Of a DNA stretch of 64,000 bases, positions 50,943 through 64,000 are shown piece after piece. Numbering within the stretch: the first letter of the stretch is position 1; each line of letters starts with the position of its first letter. The translations under genes and the position numbers were made by a program. The DNA comes from Marsupella aquatica (Eukaryota; Plantae; Marchantiophyta), in contig OZ316891.1 in the NCBI GenBank assembly GCA_973895155.1, forward strand, positions 20,968,169 to 21,032,168. The letters are read 5' to 3'. The notes under the pieces were generated by a model. It saw nothing but the letters and a program-made list of their open reading frames with translations, was not told the DNA's origin and ran no database searches.

Positions 50943-53900
50943 GCAATTTTTTCATTCAAGGAGAGTAACCGGCTGTAGCAGTTTCCGGTCATTGTTCACT
51001 CAACTACAAGGCAACATTAATTGTCAAACACGTGACTTGGTAGAAATGAGTGAATAAACACTCCACATGAGCATTTACTTCGAGCCCCCTAAACTCTAGA
51101 CAGAACAAGCACGAGCATTTACTTGAGCTGCTTTACACTACGGATAACAATTTCCCTTGTGAGTAGATTCGGATGTGAATTCCCAGTCACTACTGTAGGA
51201 ATTTTTGATTTTGAGAGTAAAATTAGTTTACTTTGAGAAACCTGTCTATCCTACATGGCACTGGTAGGGGGGGGGGATCCTTGGTCCTTGGTCTGTTTTT
51301 ATGCCAAATTTTGAACCACCTCACTTGGTCGTATTTTGGTTGTCCTTTCAGCCTCTTCTGTTTGCATTGACTGCCTTCTTGACCTGGGGTTCTGGACCTT
51401 TCATTTCAGTGTTGGAGCCCAACTTTTAGCCCTTGGACTCGCCCTTGGACTGACCCCTCATTTAATAGCAGTGGAAAAGGAGAGAGAATGTCCAGTTGAT
51501 CCTACAAAGCCACCCTGAACCTACTAGTCAGGAGCAGGTCCCAGCTAGGTTCTATGTCAAATTGAATTCAACAAGTGAAAATTTCTGCAAGCTTTTAACA
51601 AATTCTCCTTTGCCACCCTACCGATGAGGTGTAGCTCCGGGTTTGGAAGGTTTGTGTGTTCACTCCCCGCTGCAGCCTGAAATCCACCACCATAAAACCA
51701 ATGATAAATGAGGTAGCACTATCTGCCCCCGGGGGTTTGATTCACAATGTGCCTGCACCTACACCTCCTAAATGTTACTCTCTGCATCAAACACCGCCTA
51801 AACCCACAACAACATGAGAAAACATCAACAAACAACATTGAGAGATTCCAAACTTCATTGAGCACAGGTTTCCTTACAACTGGTGTAAACCTTTCTAAAT
51901 CCTAAAATTCAAAAACCAAACATATACATAATTAATTGTGCCTGGCAAGAAAATCAGCCTCTACTCCTCTTCATCCCCTGGTAGACTACTTTGCTGGCAG
52001 TGGGTAAGGGACTATGTTTCCTTACACTACTCACTTACTCCAAAGACATGTGGAGGTCTACTTCGTGGTTAGGCACTGGACAATAACTTCGCATGAAATT
52101 TTGGATGGAGATCTCAATTGTCAGGAATGAAATTTTGTAATCCATGAGATGAAGACAAGGTCCTCGAGATTACTCTTCGTCGTTAATCTCACCCAAAGGG
52201 TCCATCAAGCATATACATCGACATTGCAGTACAATGTACCTCACTAGCCAAGCAAATAATTGCTAAATGATAGCGAGACCCACCATTTAAGAGTAGTACA
52301 ACTGTACTATGAAATGTCTCGTTCTGTTCATTCTGCCCAGCCTCTAATTTCCTTTTCACGAATGTCATGTTCCCAGTTCATGCGGCCCGCCTCCCCCAGG
52401 TCGGCCCTGCTGCACCCGAAAGAGCCACTGATGGTCTCGCTCGGCCCGGCTTGGCGGTTCTGTGCACGGGCCAATCAGCGACAGGCACTGGCTGGCCTCG
52501 TGCCGGGGCCACACGCGGACTGTGTAGGACTTGGCATTTTACACGGCCATTTGCTTGGCGTGGACGATGTTTCGCCCGGCCCCACACGGCCCTCGTGGTG
52601 GCCCAGTCTGCCTTGTGTGAACTGTCCATCATGCCATCGTCGTTTCCTAAATAGCTGCGCTTAAAATCTTGCTCACGTTTTTTTTTATAGGTTTGTAGAT
52701 AGATAGGTCGATGGATGGGATAAACGAGAAAATAACTTTAGCTGGGAGAAACTTATGCCCCCAAGGACCTAAACGTTGACAAAATATCTAGATGAACTAC
52801 TGTAACACAACCCACATACACCAAGCAAACCAAGGACCCAAAAATATTTTGTCAGTCATCAGGTAAATTATAATAATAATAGTTTATTTATTGCATGACC
52901 CAAGATGGCACTATGGGGCCTCTACAATTTGGTTTACACATATGATAAATAAATGGTGAGAAACATAATGGCGCCAAACCCCAAAGTAAGACCTCCCAAA
53001 AGTGATGGGATGGAGAAACACGTGGGCAGTTTCACTAAATGGGGGAAAAAATTCAGATTCCAGACATGAGAGTGAATTTTTCCAGATGAGACAAAGTGCC
53101 AAACGTACATGTTGGCTAGGGATAAGCAAAAGCAAGCTGAAAAACGCGGGGACCTATCTCCCCGTGAAAGTCCGGAAACAAGCAAACAACGTATCGCCAC
53201 TATTTAGAATCGGGAACTAAGGTCCCGGAACGGTATTTACCAGTACAGGACCGGTGATGTATCCCGGCGACCAGAACCGGCGCACCGCGGTCGTGGTAGG
53301 TGACCATTCGCAGTTCGGGCGCAGTCCCGTCCCCAGCCCTCCGTGGGCCCGGGGGTACTCGACTCCCAGTCCAGGGACAGGATGGGTGAAGTGTGTTCCC
53401 AGTTCGTCGAACCCGTGTTGCTGTGTTGAGGTGTTGTGTGGTCTGTACAGGGAGTCGTGTCGAGGTGCCGAGAAAGAATTGTGTGTCGTCGATGAGGAGT
53501 TTACCTCATCACCAGAACCCGCCCGCTCTTTCAGCAGACACATGATCACCGCCTTCGTCGATGATCGTGGTTGTGTAGTTGCGTTGTTGTTGTTGGTGGT
53601 GGTGGCAAGAAACGAGAAGTTGCGCAACGCAACTACCGGCGCGCATCAATGACACGACCGCGATTGAAGTACCTACCCGTAGGTTTCACACATCCACCGC
53701 CGACGGTGGCAGGAGTCGTTGCTGCGCATCAAGAGTGCGATCAGGTAGAGGTGGAACTCACGGCGAGATTTCGAAAAGAGGAAGAGGAGTAGTCTTATTC
53801 GGAGTTGTTGTCGGGTGGGATGCCCTTCTTTGGAGGAGCGGGCGGAGTCTTGATTTGTACTACGCCTGGCCGTAATGCATCTGCCGGTGCTGTTCCTGCC

Positions 53901-56336
53901 GCCAGGTTTTCAGGTACTTTTAATCTTTCGTGAGCTGATTAGGCACATTACGCTTGGGTTGTTGCTGATGAGTGGATCACCTCTGTTTATGCCTTTTGCT
54001 TTTCTTTTCTTCGAAGGCACTGCAGTAGTTTAGTTCGTCCTCGCTTTCTTTGTCAAGGAGGTAGGACATGGCAGAGCAGAGGGGGACTTGGTGAGTGCAG
54101 GCAGTACTGTACTGCGTGAGAGACCATGTGAGGGAACGGATAAGCCAAACGAGAGGAGAGAGCAGTCAGAGTCGTACGAGAAAGAATTGAATGTGAGGAT
54201 TGGATGGATGGAGGGACGGACATTGAAGGGAATGCATGAATAAGTGATGTCGTGGGATTGAGCGTGCCACCAGCGGGTGTGTGAAGCTTGAGGTGGTGCT
54301 TGAGGGATGTGATGAAGCTTTCTGCCCGCATGCACAAGAGGTCCAAGGTCAGAGGATTGGATCCTTCGCTCTTCTTGAGATCCGGTGCGAGATTTGAGTT
54401 GCGTTGAGGATTTGTCTCGTTACTTTGTCGTTCGTTCTCTCCTGGTCCTAGACGGAGTGAGGGAGCGAGAGACGGATTGGGAGCGAGAGACGGATTGATT
54501 GTTTTTGAAGATTCGACAAGTGGGGAGGTGAATTCAGATCATTGTTGTAGACCTTGTGGACAGTTCTTTTTCCATATTTGTGTCAATATTGAGGGTGGGA
54601 CTAAATTAGAGGATTGGACGTGACTAAAAACCAAGTCCTGTCCCGAGTCTCATCCCATTTTGGCGATATTGCTTGTTATCCTTTCTTGTTGAAGTCTCCG
54701 AGGCAGACTCGAGACGAGCTGACCTCTCCATGCCATGGCTCCAGTACCTCGATCCCCTTTTGTCGGTAATGCTGGTGATTCTTTCTTGTCGAAGGCTCAA
54801 AGTCAGGGTCTGAAAAACTGGACCTCACAGTGCAATGTCAGTCCTGGGCCCCTCACACCTGAGCTCAAACCTTTAATATCATTGTCTTATATCTTCCATG
54901 GTCTTGGATTCATTCGTTCCCTCATCTCAACTTGGGAGGCATGTAGCTTTCGTGCTTCATCAATCTTGCATGAACGATATGGCTGGCGGAGCAAAAGGAA
55001 GGATCTCATTGTGTATTGCTCTGTTTGAATTCTGTTTGGTATCAAGCACGCTCTGCTCTGTTTGAATTCTTAGGTCTTGCGCGCAACATCCCTAATTCCA
55101 GGCGCTTTCCAGTCCTGTTTGGTATCAAGCACGCTCTTTCTTTGTTTCACTGTGGTCCGTTGAACGTTTTGATCCCTGGGGACAGAAAACAATGCATTCC
55201 CTCCTCTTCTTTTATCCTTTCCCCATTGTCTCTCTGACTTGGAGGTTTTTTGTATGGTGCTCTCCTCCTGGCCCTTTGAATATCTTCGGACTTCTAGTCC
55301 GTTTAAAAATTTTGTCAATGAGGGCGCTGCGATAAAACAGTTGCCCTTAAAAATCATCTGCGTAACTCTGGTTCGGTTCTGTTTTCTCTTCAAGCCCTTT
55401 GGCCCCGTGGACTTGTAATATATGTCAATTCCCTCTTTCTATTCCCAGGACATATGTGATACCGTTTCCTTGATCGGAATGAGTCGAGACCCTGAATAAT
55501 GATTATACACAGTATGTCTGAACTCTTCCGACATGCGCTCTTTCCCCTATATTAAATTGTAGCGTATCTTCCGTCTCTCCTTTCCGTACGGTCTGTTACA
55601 CCTTTTTACTCCACGTCTTTTATTCCTGAAAAACACGCACCGGATAAAAGTAAGTCATTGGACAGAAGGAGACTGACTGTGCGTTCCCGTGGGATGCGTC
55701 CCCGGGAGGTAATTCCGGTTGCATTCTTATGTTGTTTTGGCCAGCTAAATTCAAGCTGGATGATGTAAGATGTTGTATGATCGCATCAATGCGGCTTTGC
55801 TCTATATCATGTCTTGTGGACGGAATAATTCGTTGGCTGTAGCTTTGTTTGAATTCGTTAGATGTTTTATTAGACCGTTTCTTGGGCCAGTTTTTGTAAT
55901 CCCAATGGCCGAGCCATCCAAAAGGAAGAATGTGCGCTTTTCTGTTAGGTGTGAGTTCCTAGCGTGTCTGTGGTGTCTCCGTTGGTGCAATCTCCTCTCT
56001 ATTCCTCTTGGAGTTGCTGCACCGCATTGTGTCTGTCTGTGACATTCAAGCGTCGACGACCGCCATAGATGGCGAGATGATAGTGTCCCTCTATTGGTTT
56101 GGTTTCGTTTCGAAAGTTTGTTAGTTTATCACTATATCTAATATTTGCTTCTAAGTTAAATAGGGAGATTATCCCACCACTGTGCATGTGTTTTTCTCCA
56201 GTATGTGTTTTCCTCCATCTCGAGGCCTTTCAATCGCCATACTCGTGGTCCAAGGATCATCAATTTTGCCTTCGATTTTTGGACACGAGCCTTTGATGTT
56301 GGTACTTATCGGCCGGAGAATGTTGATCTTACAATT

Positions 56337-59300
56337 ATGCACCTGTACTCCCTCCGAAAAGGCATTCCGAACTGCTTTGCTAACACCGTGTTCACCGGTT
56401 GGTTTCGTGCTGCAGGGTGTTGGACTGGAAGCGAAGGTGCAGGAAAGATAGTAGCTCAAGCTGCTTTTACAACGAGCTGTCTGCAGTCTAGAATTTCTAT
56501 AGGGGTCCCTAGACTTAGTGCAAGCAGCTCTTCGTCCACGTTTACGGTTACGTACAGTTTGGGGAGCAGTGATCTAGTATTGTTCAGCAATCTAATTTGT
56601 AGTCGTAGGCAAGAACAAAATCATCACAGAAACAATCTCGATAAGAAGGCGAGGCGTTACAGTGGTGGCGAGCAGCGGGGGTATGTTAGGTCGTGGAAGA
56701 ACAAGATAAACGGCTTAACTCCAGAGCAAACTGGAAAGAATCACCAGACGTATCCAACAGTGATGATGTCTGGTCGTTCAGAAAAGCTCTCCATCGCGGA
56801 GAGGATGAAACGAAATCCGCTCCTTGGGTTCTTCGAGGGTGCAAGGTAACCTCTAAGCTCTCTTTATTGTGCATGAATATCAAAAACTTTATCCAGCCAC
56901 CTGAGTCGGGCTGATGAAGTGTACGAGATTTGTTCATGCCATGATATATTTGAATCTCCTGGATTATTTGGAGGTTCTCTGAGTAAACGTCTACTACGTC
57001 TGTTAAAGTCGGTAAAATTTTGCCTGCAGTTCATATTGGGGGCTCGTTTTTAAGTTCCGGAGATCCACCAAGTAAAATATATGATGCCAAACGTGTCTGT
57101 TCGTTCAGGTTTAGCGTTTACCAGTAAGAGTACCTTTCGGTAGGGAATATGCTTTCAAGGTTCTGCAAGCGAAGTTTCTTCGCACCGTAGGAAGTTGTGC
57201 ACCTTAGCAATGGTCTGAATGAGTCTTAAGATGAGTGAAGTGCTGAACTCCGAAGCTTTCGCACGATCAGCTAGTTGATGTCCTCCTAGTAGGGTGGATC
57301 ATCTGCTGACTCGTGGTTGCCCTGCTGAATATCCACCAGTGATGCGTTTTCGAGTAACAATAACCCACCCACGAGTGAGAGCCTTGAAAAGGAGCTTGGG
57401 CGGCTGGTTTTTCCGGCTCTTGTGGGCGAGGCTGTTGGTTCAGTGGTACAGCTTTCGGAGACAGCTATCATAGGAATTTTGATAGGTACTTTTAAAAATG
57501 GATGGACTAAATAACCAAGAGGATGGTTTGGTAAGCCTCCTTCCTGGTTAAGAAGTGTTCTACGTTTTTGACATTTTTTTTGGGTTCATTTATGTTCTGC
57601 CAGCAATGCGTTAAGGGCAGATGAGCTTGGTATGGAGATTGCTGTCATAGCTTTGCCTGCTCTACTAGCTCTTGCGGCGGACCCTCTTGCCTCGTTGGTG
57701 GACACCGGATTCATCGGACAAATAGGTATTGGCAGGCTTATCGGTACATCGGCAGGATCTAGAGCTGTTTGCTGCAGTGCGATTCCAGGGTTGGCTGTGA
57801 TGAGATTGTAAACACTAGATTATGGTTTGTGTGGGTGGCAGTAGATTCTGGACCTCCCTCAATAGCAGTTAATGATAACTTTGGATCATTGGATGTGCTT
57901 TCGCTTGTCGAGCGATTCTTTGAACTATTGATAGTATTGCCTTGTGAGTGAAAAGCACGTAAATCTCTGAATTGGTTTGTTTGTTTCTTCTTTTGTCCAC
58001 TATTGTCAGGTCCCGTGGAACTGGCGGCAGTCGGAGTCTCGATATCAGTTTTCAATCTTGTTTCAAAGATGTTCAATTTGCCGTTATTGAACGTCACCAC
58101 GTCTTTTGTTGCCGAAGAAGAGGCATCTGCAAAAGATGCACAATCGTCAATACTGGAACCAATGATCGACAGGTCATCTTCTCCCGAAGGTACGATACCC
58201 TGCTGGAAGTCGTGTACAGTAGTCCCGTGGTCAACATTTGTTTGTTGGCGAGCTTTCCTATTCCCAATCTATTTGAGGACTTCCCAACAATCTGGAATTT
58301 GTGCTACAGACGATGCAAGGGAAGAGCTATTGCAGTCTATGGACGTCTATACACCAAGAAATACCAAGCCTCTCCTGCCAGCAGTTTCATCAGCACTCGT
58401 CCTCGGAACCGCGCTTGGTGTGTTGGAGGCAGCAGTCATGGCATTCGGAGCAGGTCCTATATTGACTGTCATGGGTGTAGGAGTGGTGAGTAGCCATTTA
58501 GTCTTACAATTCAAAGCTTTTTATATTTCGTTCGACTGATATATGATTGGCAAGTGTACTCTGCAGTCTCATTGCTGTTAGAGAGCGGGGGTGCTCTGAT
58601 TTCGCACGGTTGGAGCTGAAACTGGAGAATTGGACTCGGTTAGGGTAGAACCATTTCTGGCCTTCAATTTGTCTAACCTTCTTTTGAATTCTAATGTTTA
58701 TTTCTGTATTCTCTTATTACAGACGTCACCGATGCGGTTGCCAGCCATTCAGTATTTAGCTTTGCGAGCCATTGGGGCACCAGCAGTAGTCATTGCGCTG
58801 GCAGTACAAGGCGTTTTCCGTGGTTTCAAAGATACAAAAACTCCTCTCTATGCAACAGGTAAGTCATTGGGTTGGCATTCGTTGGGCGTTTTATTTCCAC
58901 TAAGTGTTTTTGATAACCCACCGGCATTAGCTCTGCAGTTAGGTAGAGATAAATTTAGAAGGTAGAAATCTGGATATCGATCGGATTCGAGCTTGTTTCT
59001 CAGCAGTTCTTTTGTCAACGTGCAGTGCTTGGTAACGTTGTCAACATTGTGCTGGACCCCCTCCTCATGTTCTCATTGAAGTTTGGTGTTAGCGGTGCGG
59101 CTGTTGCAACTGTCATCTCTCAGTGAGTGGCACTCAAACCTGCTTGTTTCCTGTCTGTAATCTAATTAGTGTTTAGTGACATTTTCGCATTTCTCTCTCG
59201 GCCTCTGAAGGGAGTAGTTTTGAGCAAATTGAAGACAGAAAGGGAGAAGATGCTGGAAACTTGTGATCAGATCTTTAATCGGAGATTTACCTTGACTAAG

Positions 59301-61697
59301 AAGATTTTGAATTAGTACTAGTCAAACCGAGCATTTATCTGACCAACTTTTCATGTTTGCAGGTATGTAATTGCCATCGTGCTATTGTGGATTTTAAACG
59401 AGCGTGTGACTTTACTGCCACCGCGACTTGGTGATTTACGGTTTGACAAGTTTTTGAAGTCAGGTAAGAATTACCTCCGTCTGTACGTTAATTTATTTTT
59501 CGTAGTCACCTCGTGTATGCCTGTCAAATATGTGACAAACGGATCTAGTCAAGCCCTGAATGCTGTGTGATCTCTCTTTTGCTTCCTCACAAATGTCGTG
59601 GGACGAATCCTGAAGTAGCAACTATTGAGCTAAAACTCCACGGCGATGCCATAGTGGCGTATAACCTCTTGAGGGCTTGTTGAGTAGCTAGAGGCAGATC
59701 CTTAATAGTAAGCAATGTCTGTGTTAAGGTGACCAGTCAGCTTGGCATGCAATGCTCATTAGTTTCAAGAGTCTTATTTGTCGTTGGTGGGATCGTCATC
59801 GCATTTACACTCGTGGGTAGATGAGCTTTGACGTATGCGAGTCATCTCTGAGCATTAGCGACCGAAGCACGTCATAAATGAGAGTTAAGTGGTGGTTTGA
59901 CACTCGTGCGCATGTTTCCTGTTCAAGGCGGTCTTCTCCTGGGCCGCACGCTTGCATTGATTTTTTCTATGACCTTGGCAACTTCAATGGCTGCTCGTCA
60001 AGGACCAATTCCAATGGCCGCACACCAAGTCTGCATGCAAGTTTGGCTGGCGGCGTCATTACTCTCAGATTCCTTAGCTCTCGCAGGACAGGTACGCAAT
60101 CTTTTGTATGGGCAACGTTATATAGTTCGTATCTATTGAATATTGCACAGGCTTGAAATCTGCTGCCTCTCCTGAGATGAATTCGTAGCCTCCTTTCCTG
60201 TTTCTCCCGTAGAGGCGACCCGACAGTATTGATGCTTCTCTTTCAATAGAAACTGCATGAGAGACCGAGGGCGTGATAACCGAAGCTTCACGGCTGATTG
60301 GAAATTGCCTGAAGTTTTCTATGTTGTTGAGATTGATTATGTTTTCAACTAAGTTATTTGTTTTTGCCTTTTCGTTAGGCTATCATTGCCAGTGCGTATG
60401 CAAAGGGCGATTACAGAATGGTGAAAGAGGCATCTTTTCGGGTCCTTCAGGTCAGGTTCTAATTTGAACAGAACTTCGAAAGTGTTTTTCCTTTTGGATT
60501 TATTGAAGGATCGATGTTGTGATCTTGTGACTTGGTTTGTGATTGTAAGGCAAGTTTTGTTGGATTTCTAAAATGTGGTTTTATGCTACAATTAGATTGG
60601 GTTGGCCATGGGCTTGATAATGGCGGTTGTACTCGGTGCCGGTGCGGGGTGGTTCACCCACCTATTTACTAAAGATGTAGGAGTGCTAGAAGCAATGGCG
60701 CTTATCATACCGGTGAGAAATCGGTTATCTCAAAATGAACTTGTGATTCACTTTCCCGCTTAGTTAGATCCGCTCAACCAGATAATATTTGGTTTTTAGT
60801 ACAGTAGTGATAGTTAGACGACAGATGAACTGACCTCGAGATCATGGGATGTCTCGTTGCAGTTTGTAGTGGTTACCCAGCCGATAAATTCGCTAGCCTT
60901 TGTTTTCGATGGTATCCACTATGGAGTGTCAGATTTCGGATACGCTGCTGTTTCGATGGTAAGTGGTCGGTCTTTCTTGCCGGTGAAAGACCTCCTTACA
61001 TGGTGGGAACGAACATAGATTGACATAGCATGACAGCATGTTGCAGGATTATTTCGTCCAACGTAAATCGCTCTTTTGCTGAAATTCTTCGTTTGACATG
61101 AGAAATGGAGTTGAGCATGAACATCCTCGTACTGTTTGTTGACGCTTCTGGATGAAAAATCTAGCAACTCAGGATTATAGTTAGGTGAATGATGGTGGGC
61201 TATGGTCATGTTTGTCCAAGCTGGTACAGTACTGACAGGTGCCATTTCCCTGCAGATGGTAATAGCTATACCCTCATGCATTGTTTTGCTGTTAGCTGGT
61301 CCAATGTACGCGCTTCCTGGGGTCTGGATTGGCTTGACAGTCATAATGACTCTACGCATGTTTGCTGGGTTTTTGAGGTAAGATATTATCGAACAATTCG
61401 TACTCATGTGTTTTACGAATGTTTAGAAGCACGAGTAAAATTTATGGATGCGTTCCGACTATCCTCGAACTGTTCAGTCTGAGGTGGAACGGTTTCTTTT
61501 TCACAAGGTTGTGCTTTTCCTTGTCATTGCTAAGTCAACCCCAAGTCGTTTTTTCCAACACCATATTGGATATGAGTTGTAAACTAGCAAATGCCTTTTT
61601 CAAATACAGGATTGGTTCATGCACTGGTCCGTGGAAGTTCTTCCTTCGAGACAGTGACGAGAGATTGCAAGATCTTGAAGAAAATCCCTTAATATGA
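56337..61697 (+). CDS. MATE efflux transporter, DTX42-45/FRD3-like clade, with a long N-terminal extension; 13 exons
   Basis: Exons: 56337-56845, 57604-57725, 58010-58189, 58310-58485, 58723-58858, 59026-59122, 59363-59463, 59928-60091, 60379-60450, 60596-60712, 60863-60958, 61256-61377, 61610-61697 (some ends +/-1). Motifs IALPALLALAADPLASLVDTGFIG, ELAAVGVSISVFN, TTSFVAEE, QGVFRGFKDTKTPLY, QPINSLAFVFDG.HYGVSDF, RIG..TGPW. Start codon uncertain (first in-frame ATG used). Confidence 0.93.
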
Positions 61698-63309
61698 TGT
61701 GAACTCCACTATGTTCCAGCTGTAATCGGAATGAGATGCAGTTCGGAGGTACTGTAGAAAATCCATCCATATTAATCCAAAATCCTTCCATGGTTTCGTT
61801 TGTCGTGCCGCTCCTTATATTATATCTAGGTTCACGTGATATGCAAATCTCCGGAGGTGTCACCATCGAGATTTGGACTGAATCGAGTTTTCCTTTCATT
61901 GCCGTGGAGAAGATTTATCTGATTTCTTGGATCTTTGTTTTTCCCACACTTTTACAGGGATCTATTTGGTCGATGGAAGACCGCTGAGGGCATTGTTAAA
62001 GTTGTCGCGGTGACTCTTTACAATTATATATTTTTCTTGTATTCATATCTGGAACTCCAACGATGACTGAGGTAATAGATATTGAGTACAAATAATCTCA
62101 ATTCGGCCAAATGCACCGGCAGTACAGTACTAGCACTGGATCATGATCGAATGCGAATAAATTCGTTTTGGCCAAATTTGCCACAAGTTGTAGGACGTGA
62201 TCGGGTGCCAGTGAGTGTGGATAATTTTGATCAGTCAGTAGGAGTTAGGACATCACGACAGGAGAGTTGGTTCCGCGAATAGTTTTTGCTGTAATTAAAA
62301 GCTTTGTATATAATTCAATGTGCACATTTGAGGCCAAGAAGCATTTAATCACGGAAGTCCACTTTTATCGTGCATGGAACTCCAGGATTTGGAGATTTTG
62401 CTGCGGTTGAGTGCAGTACACATGTAGTCTGCAAATGTTTCTATGTGGTGAAGTTTCTTCCGAACTGCATTTTGGGGTGAAGAATTGTGTGGGTGCAGTT
62501 CTACGAAGTGGTTTGTGGAGACGTACACAATCAGTTTCTGAGGCAAACCTGTCCGGAATTGGAACATTTTAGTTGAAGATAGACACTCTCCTGAGTGATG
62601 TAACGAGAATTGCAGTCCTCTTAGGTGTGAAGGACGACACTATCCTGAGTGATGTGAAGAGAATTGCACCCTGCTGGACTGCGTGTGGAACTGAATGCAG
62701 AATGCGTGACTTTCTGGCTCATATGACCACTGTTTCAAGAACAGGATGCACAGAGTTCTTCTTCCTCGCAATGAATATGAAACTTGAATTCTTATCTTAT
62801 ATCAGGTTTGGGCTGCATTTCCACAAGACTGTACAAATCACTCCAAGGCGAAGATTGCTTGGCGGATCCGTTCCAAAAGAGTCATTCTGGTCGGGGACAT
62901 GGGTCAACTACTTCCTGTGTGCACCTACCACACCGACAATGTAAGCACATCTTGGCATCTCTCTGTCTCCGCATTATGAGACCAAGTAGAAGTTCCACCC
63001 ATGGACAGTGCTCAGACAAAGCATGGATGTAAAATTCATGGAGTTTCTAAATGACATGTACACGAGCCTCCCTACTCAGACATAGATTGATGTGTGACTC
63101 AGACAATGTGACGTCTGCAAATGAGAAGCACTTGCACTTATCGACGTTTTTACCGCTATGATATGTTCGTACAAGTAGACTGTTGACAACTACAACAGCC
63201 TGGCCTACAAACTTATATCGCGATGTAAGAGATCATCGCCCTCCTAATCATCATCGACGCCCCGTCCAATGACACCAGAAAACTTCGCACCTAGTATGCC
63301 AAGTTGTGG

Positions 63310-63570
63310 ACACTCACCAACGTTGTGATCAGATGCAAAGTCATTCTGACAGCACAATACATATGAACGAGTTCATCTTAGGGCTAGATGGCAACCGAAA
63401 AAGGCAATCTACACAATCATGAAATCCAATCAATCTGCACACTCACCAACGTTGTGATCAGATGCAAAGTCATTCTGACAGCACAATACATATGAACGAG
63501 TTCATCTTAGGGCTAGATGGCAACCGAAAAAGGCAATCTACACAATCATGAAATCCAATCAATCTGCACA
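63310..63570. repeat. Apparently perfect 129-bp tandem duplication
   Basis: CACTCACCAACGTTGTGATCAG...CAATCAATCTGCA starts at 63311 and again at 63440. Confidence 0.95.
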
Positions 63571-64000
63571 CGACATGGTGGGCTGCCCCACGGTTGAACC
63601 AAAAGGAACTCTACTCCAGTACATCCTTGATATTGTTGAACACATACTAAGATTAATTGTTTTATGTCTTTTTAATTGGAGAATTTCAAGATAAATATGG
63701 GGATTTAAAATTATTTCTATGTCTTGGATAATTTCAAGATAAATATGGGGTTCTAGAGTTTAAATTTTATGACTGATTGTTCCCTTTGTGGGGTCTCATA
63801 GATTTCAATATGGGGAAATTGATTAGAGAGCAAAGAGAGCAAAATGAGCCCAACAACATGTCCTCAATTTGTCCTTGTCGTGTGCAGATTGGCTGTCGCA
63901 TGGAGTTCAACAACACTTTACAACTTGTGCGACGTTCTATTCACAGTTGATGACTGCCATTGAGTTGGCACGTATGATACTCAAAGAGCTTCCTTCGACA

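Noticed and set aside
53217-55400. Overlapping 70-136 aa ORFs
   Set aside because: GC-rich, low-complexity upstream region of the MATE gene; no domain or splice support.

Overview
Eukaryotic, intron-rich plant genomic DNA. An intact IFT80 gene implies a lineage with flagellated sperm (bryophyte, lycophyte or fern type; liverwort is only a guess). The left half (1-~33,000) is a decayed, repeat-rich block: nested LTR-retrotransposon remnants, a long-TIR (Mutator-like) element, a plastid-type ClpB pseudogene, a ~169-bp tandem array with dimeric higher-order structure, a large inverted duplication and a small Helitron. The most striking structure is a ~9.4-kb inversion (13,370-22,771) whose two reciprocal breakpoints share an 11-bp microhomology (TACAGGTGGAC). 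It cut both the ClpB gene and a neighbouring duplicated gene, and an uncut copy of the latter junction survives at 28,582-28,592. The right half holds three apparently intact + strand genes: 20-exon IFT80 (first intron looks U12-type), an intronless RNI-like LRR protein, and a 13-exon MATE/DTX transporter. All calls are from manual reading and recalled family motifs; no searches were run.
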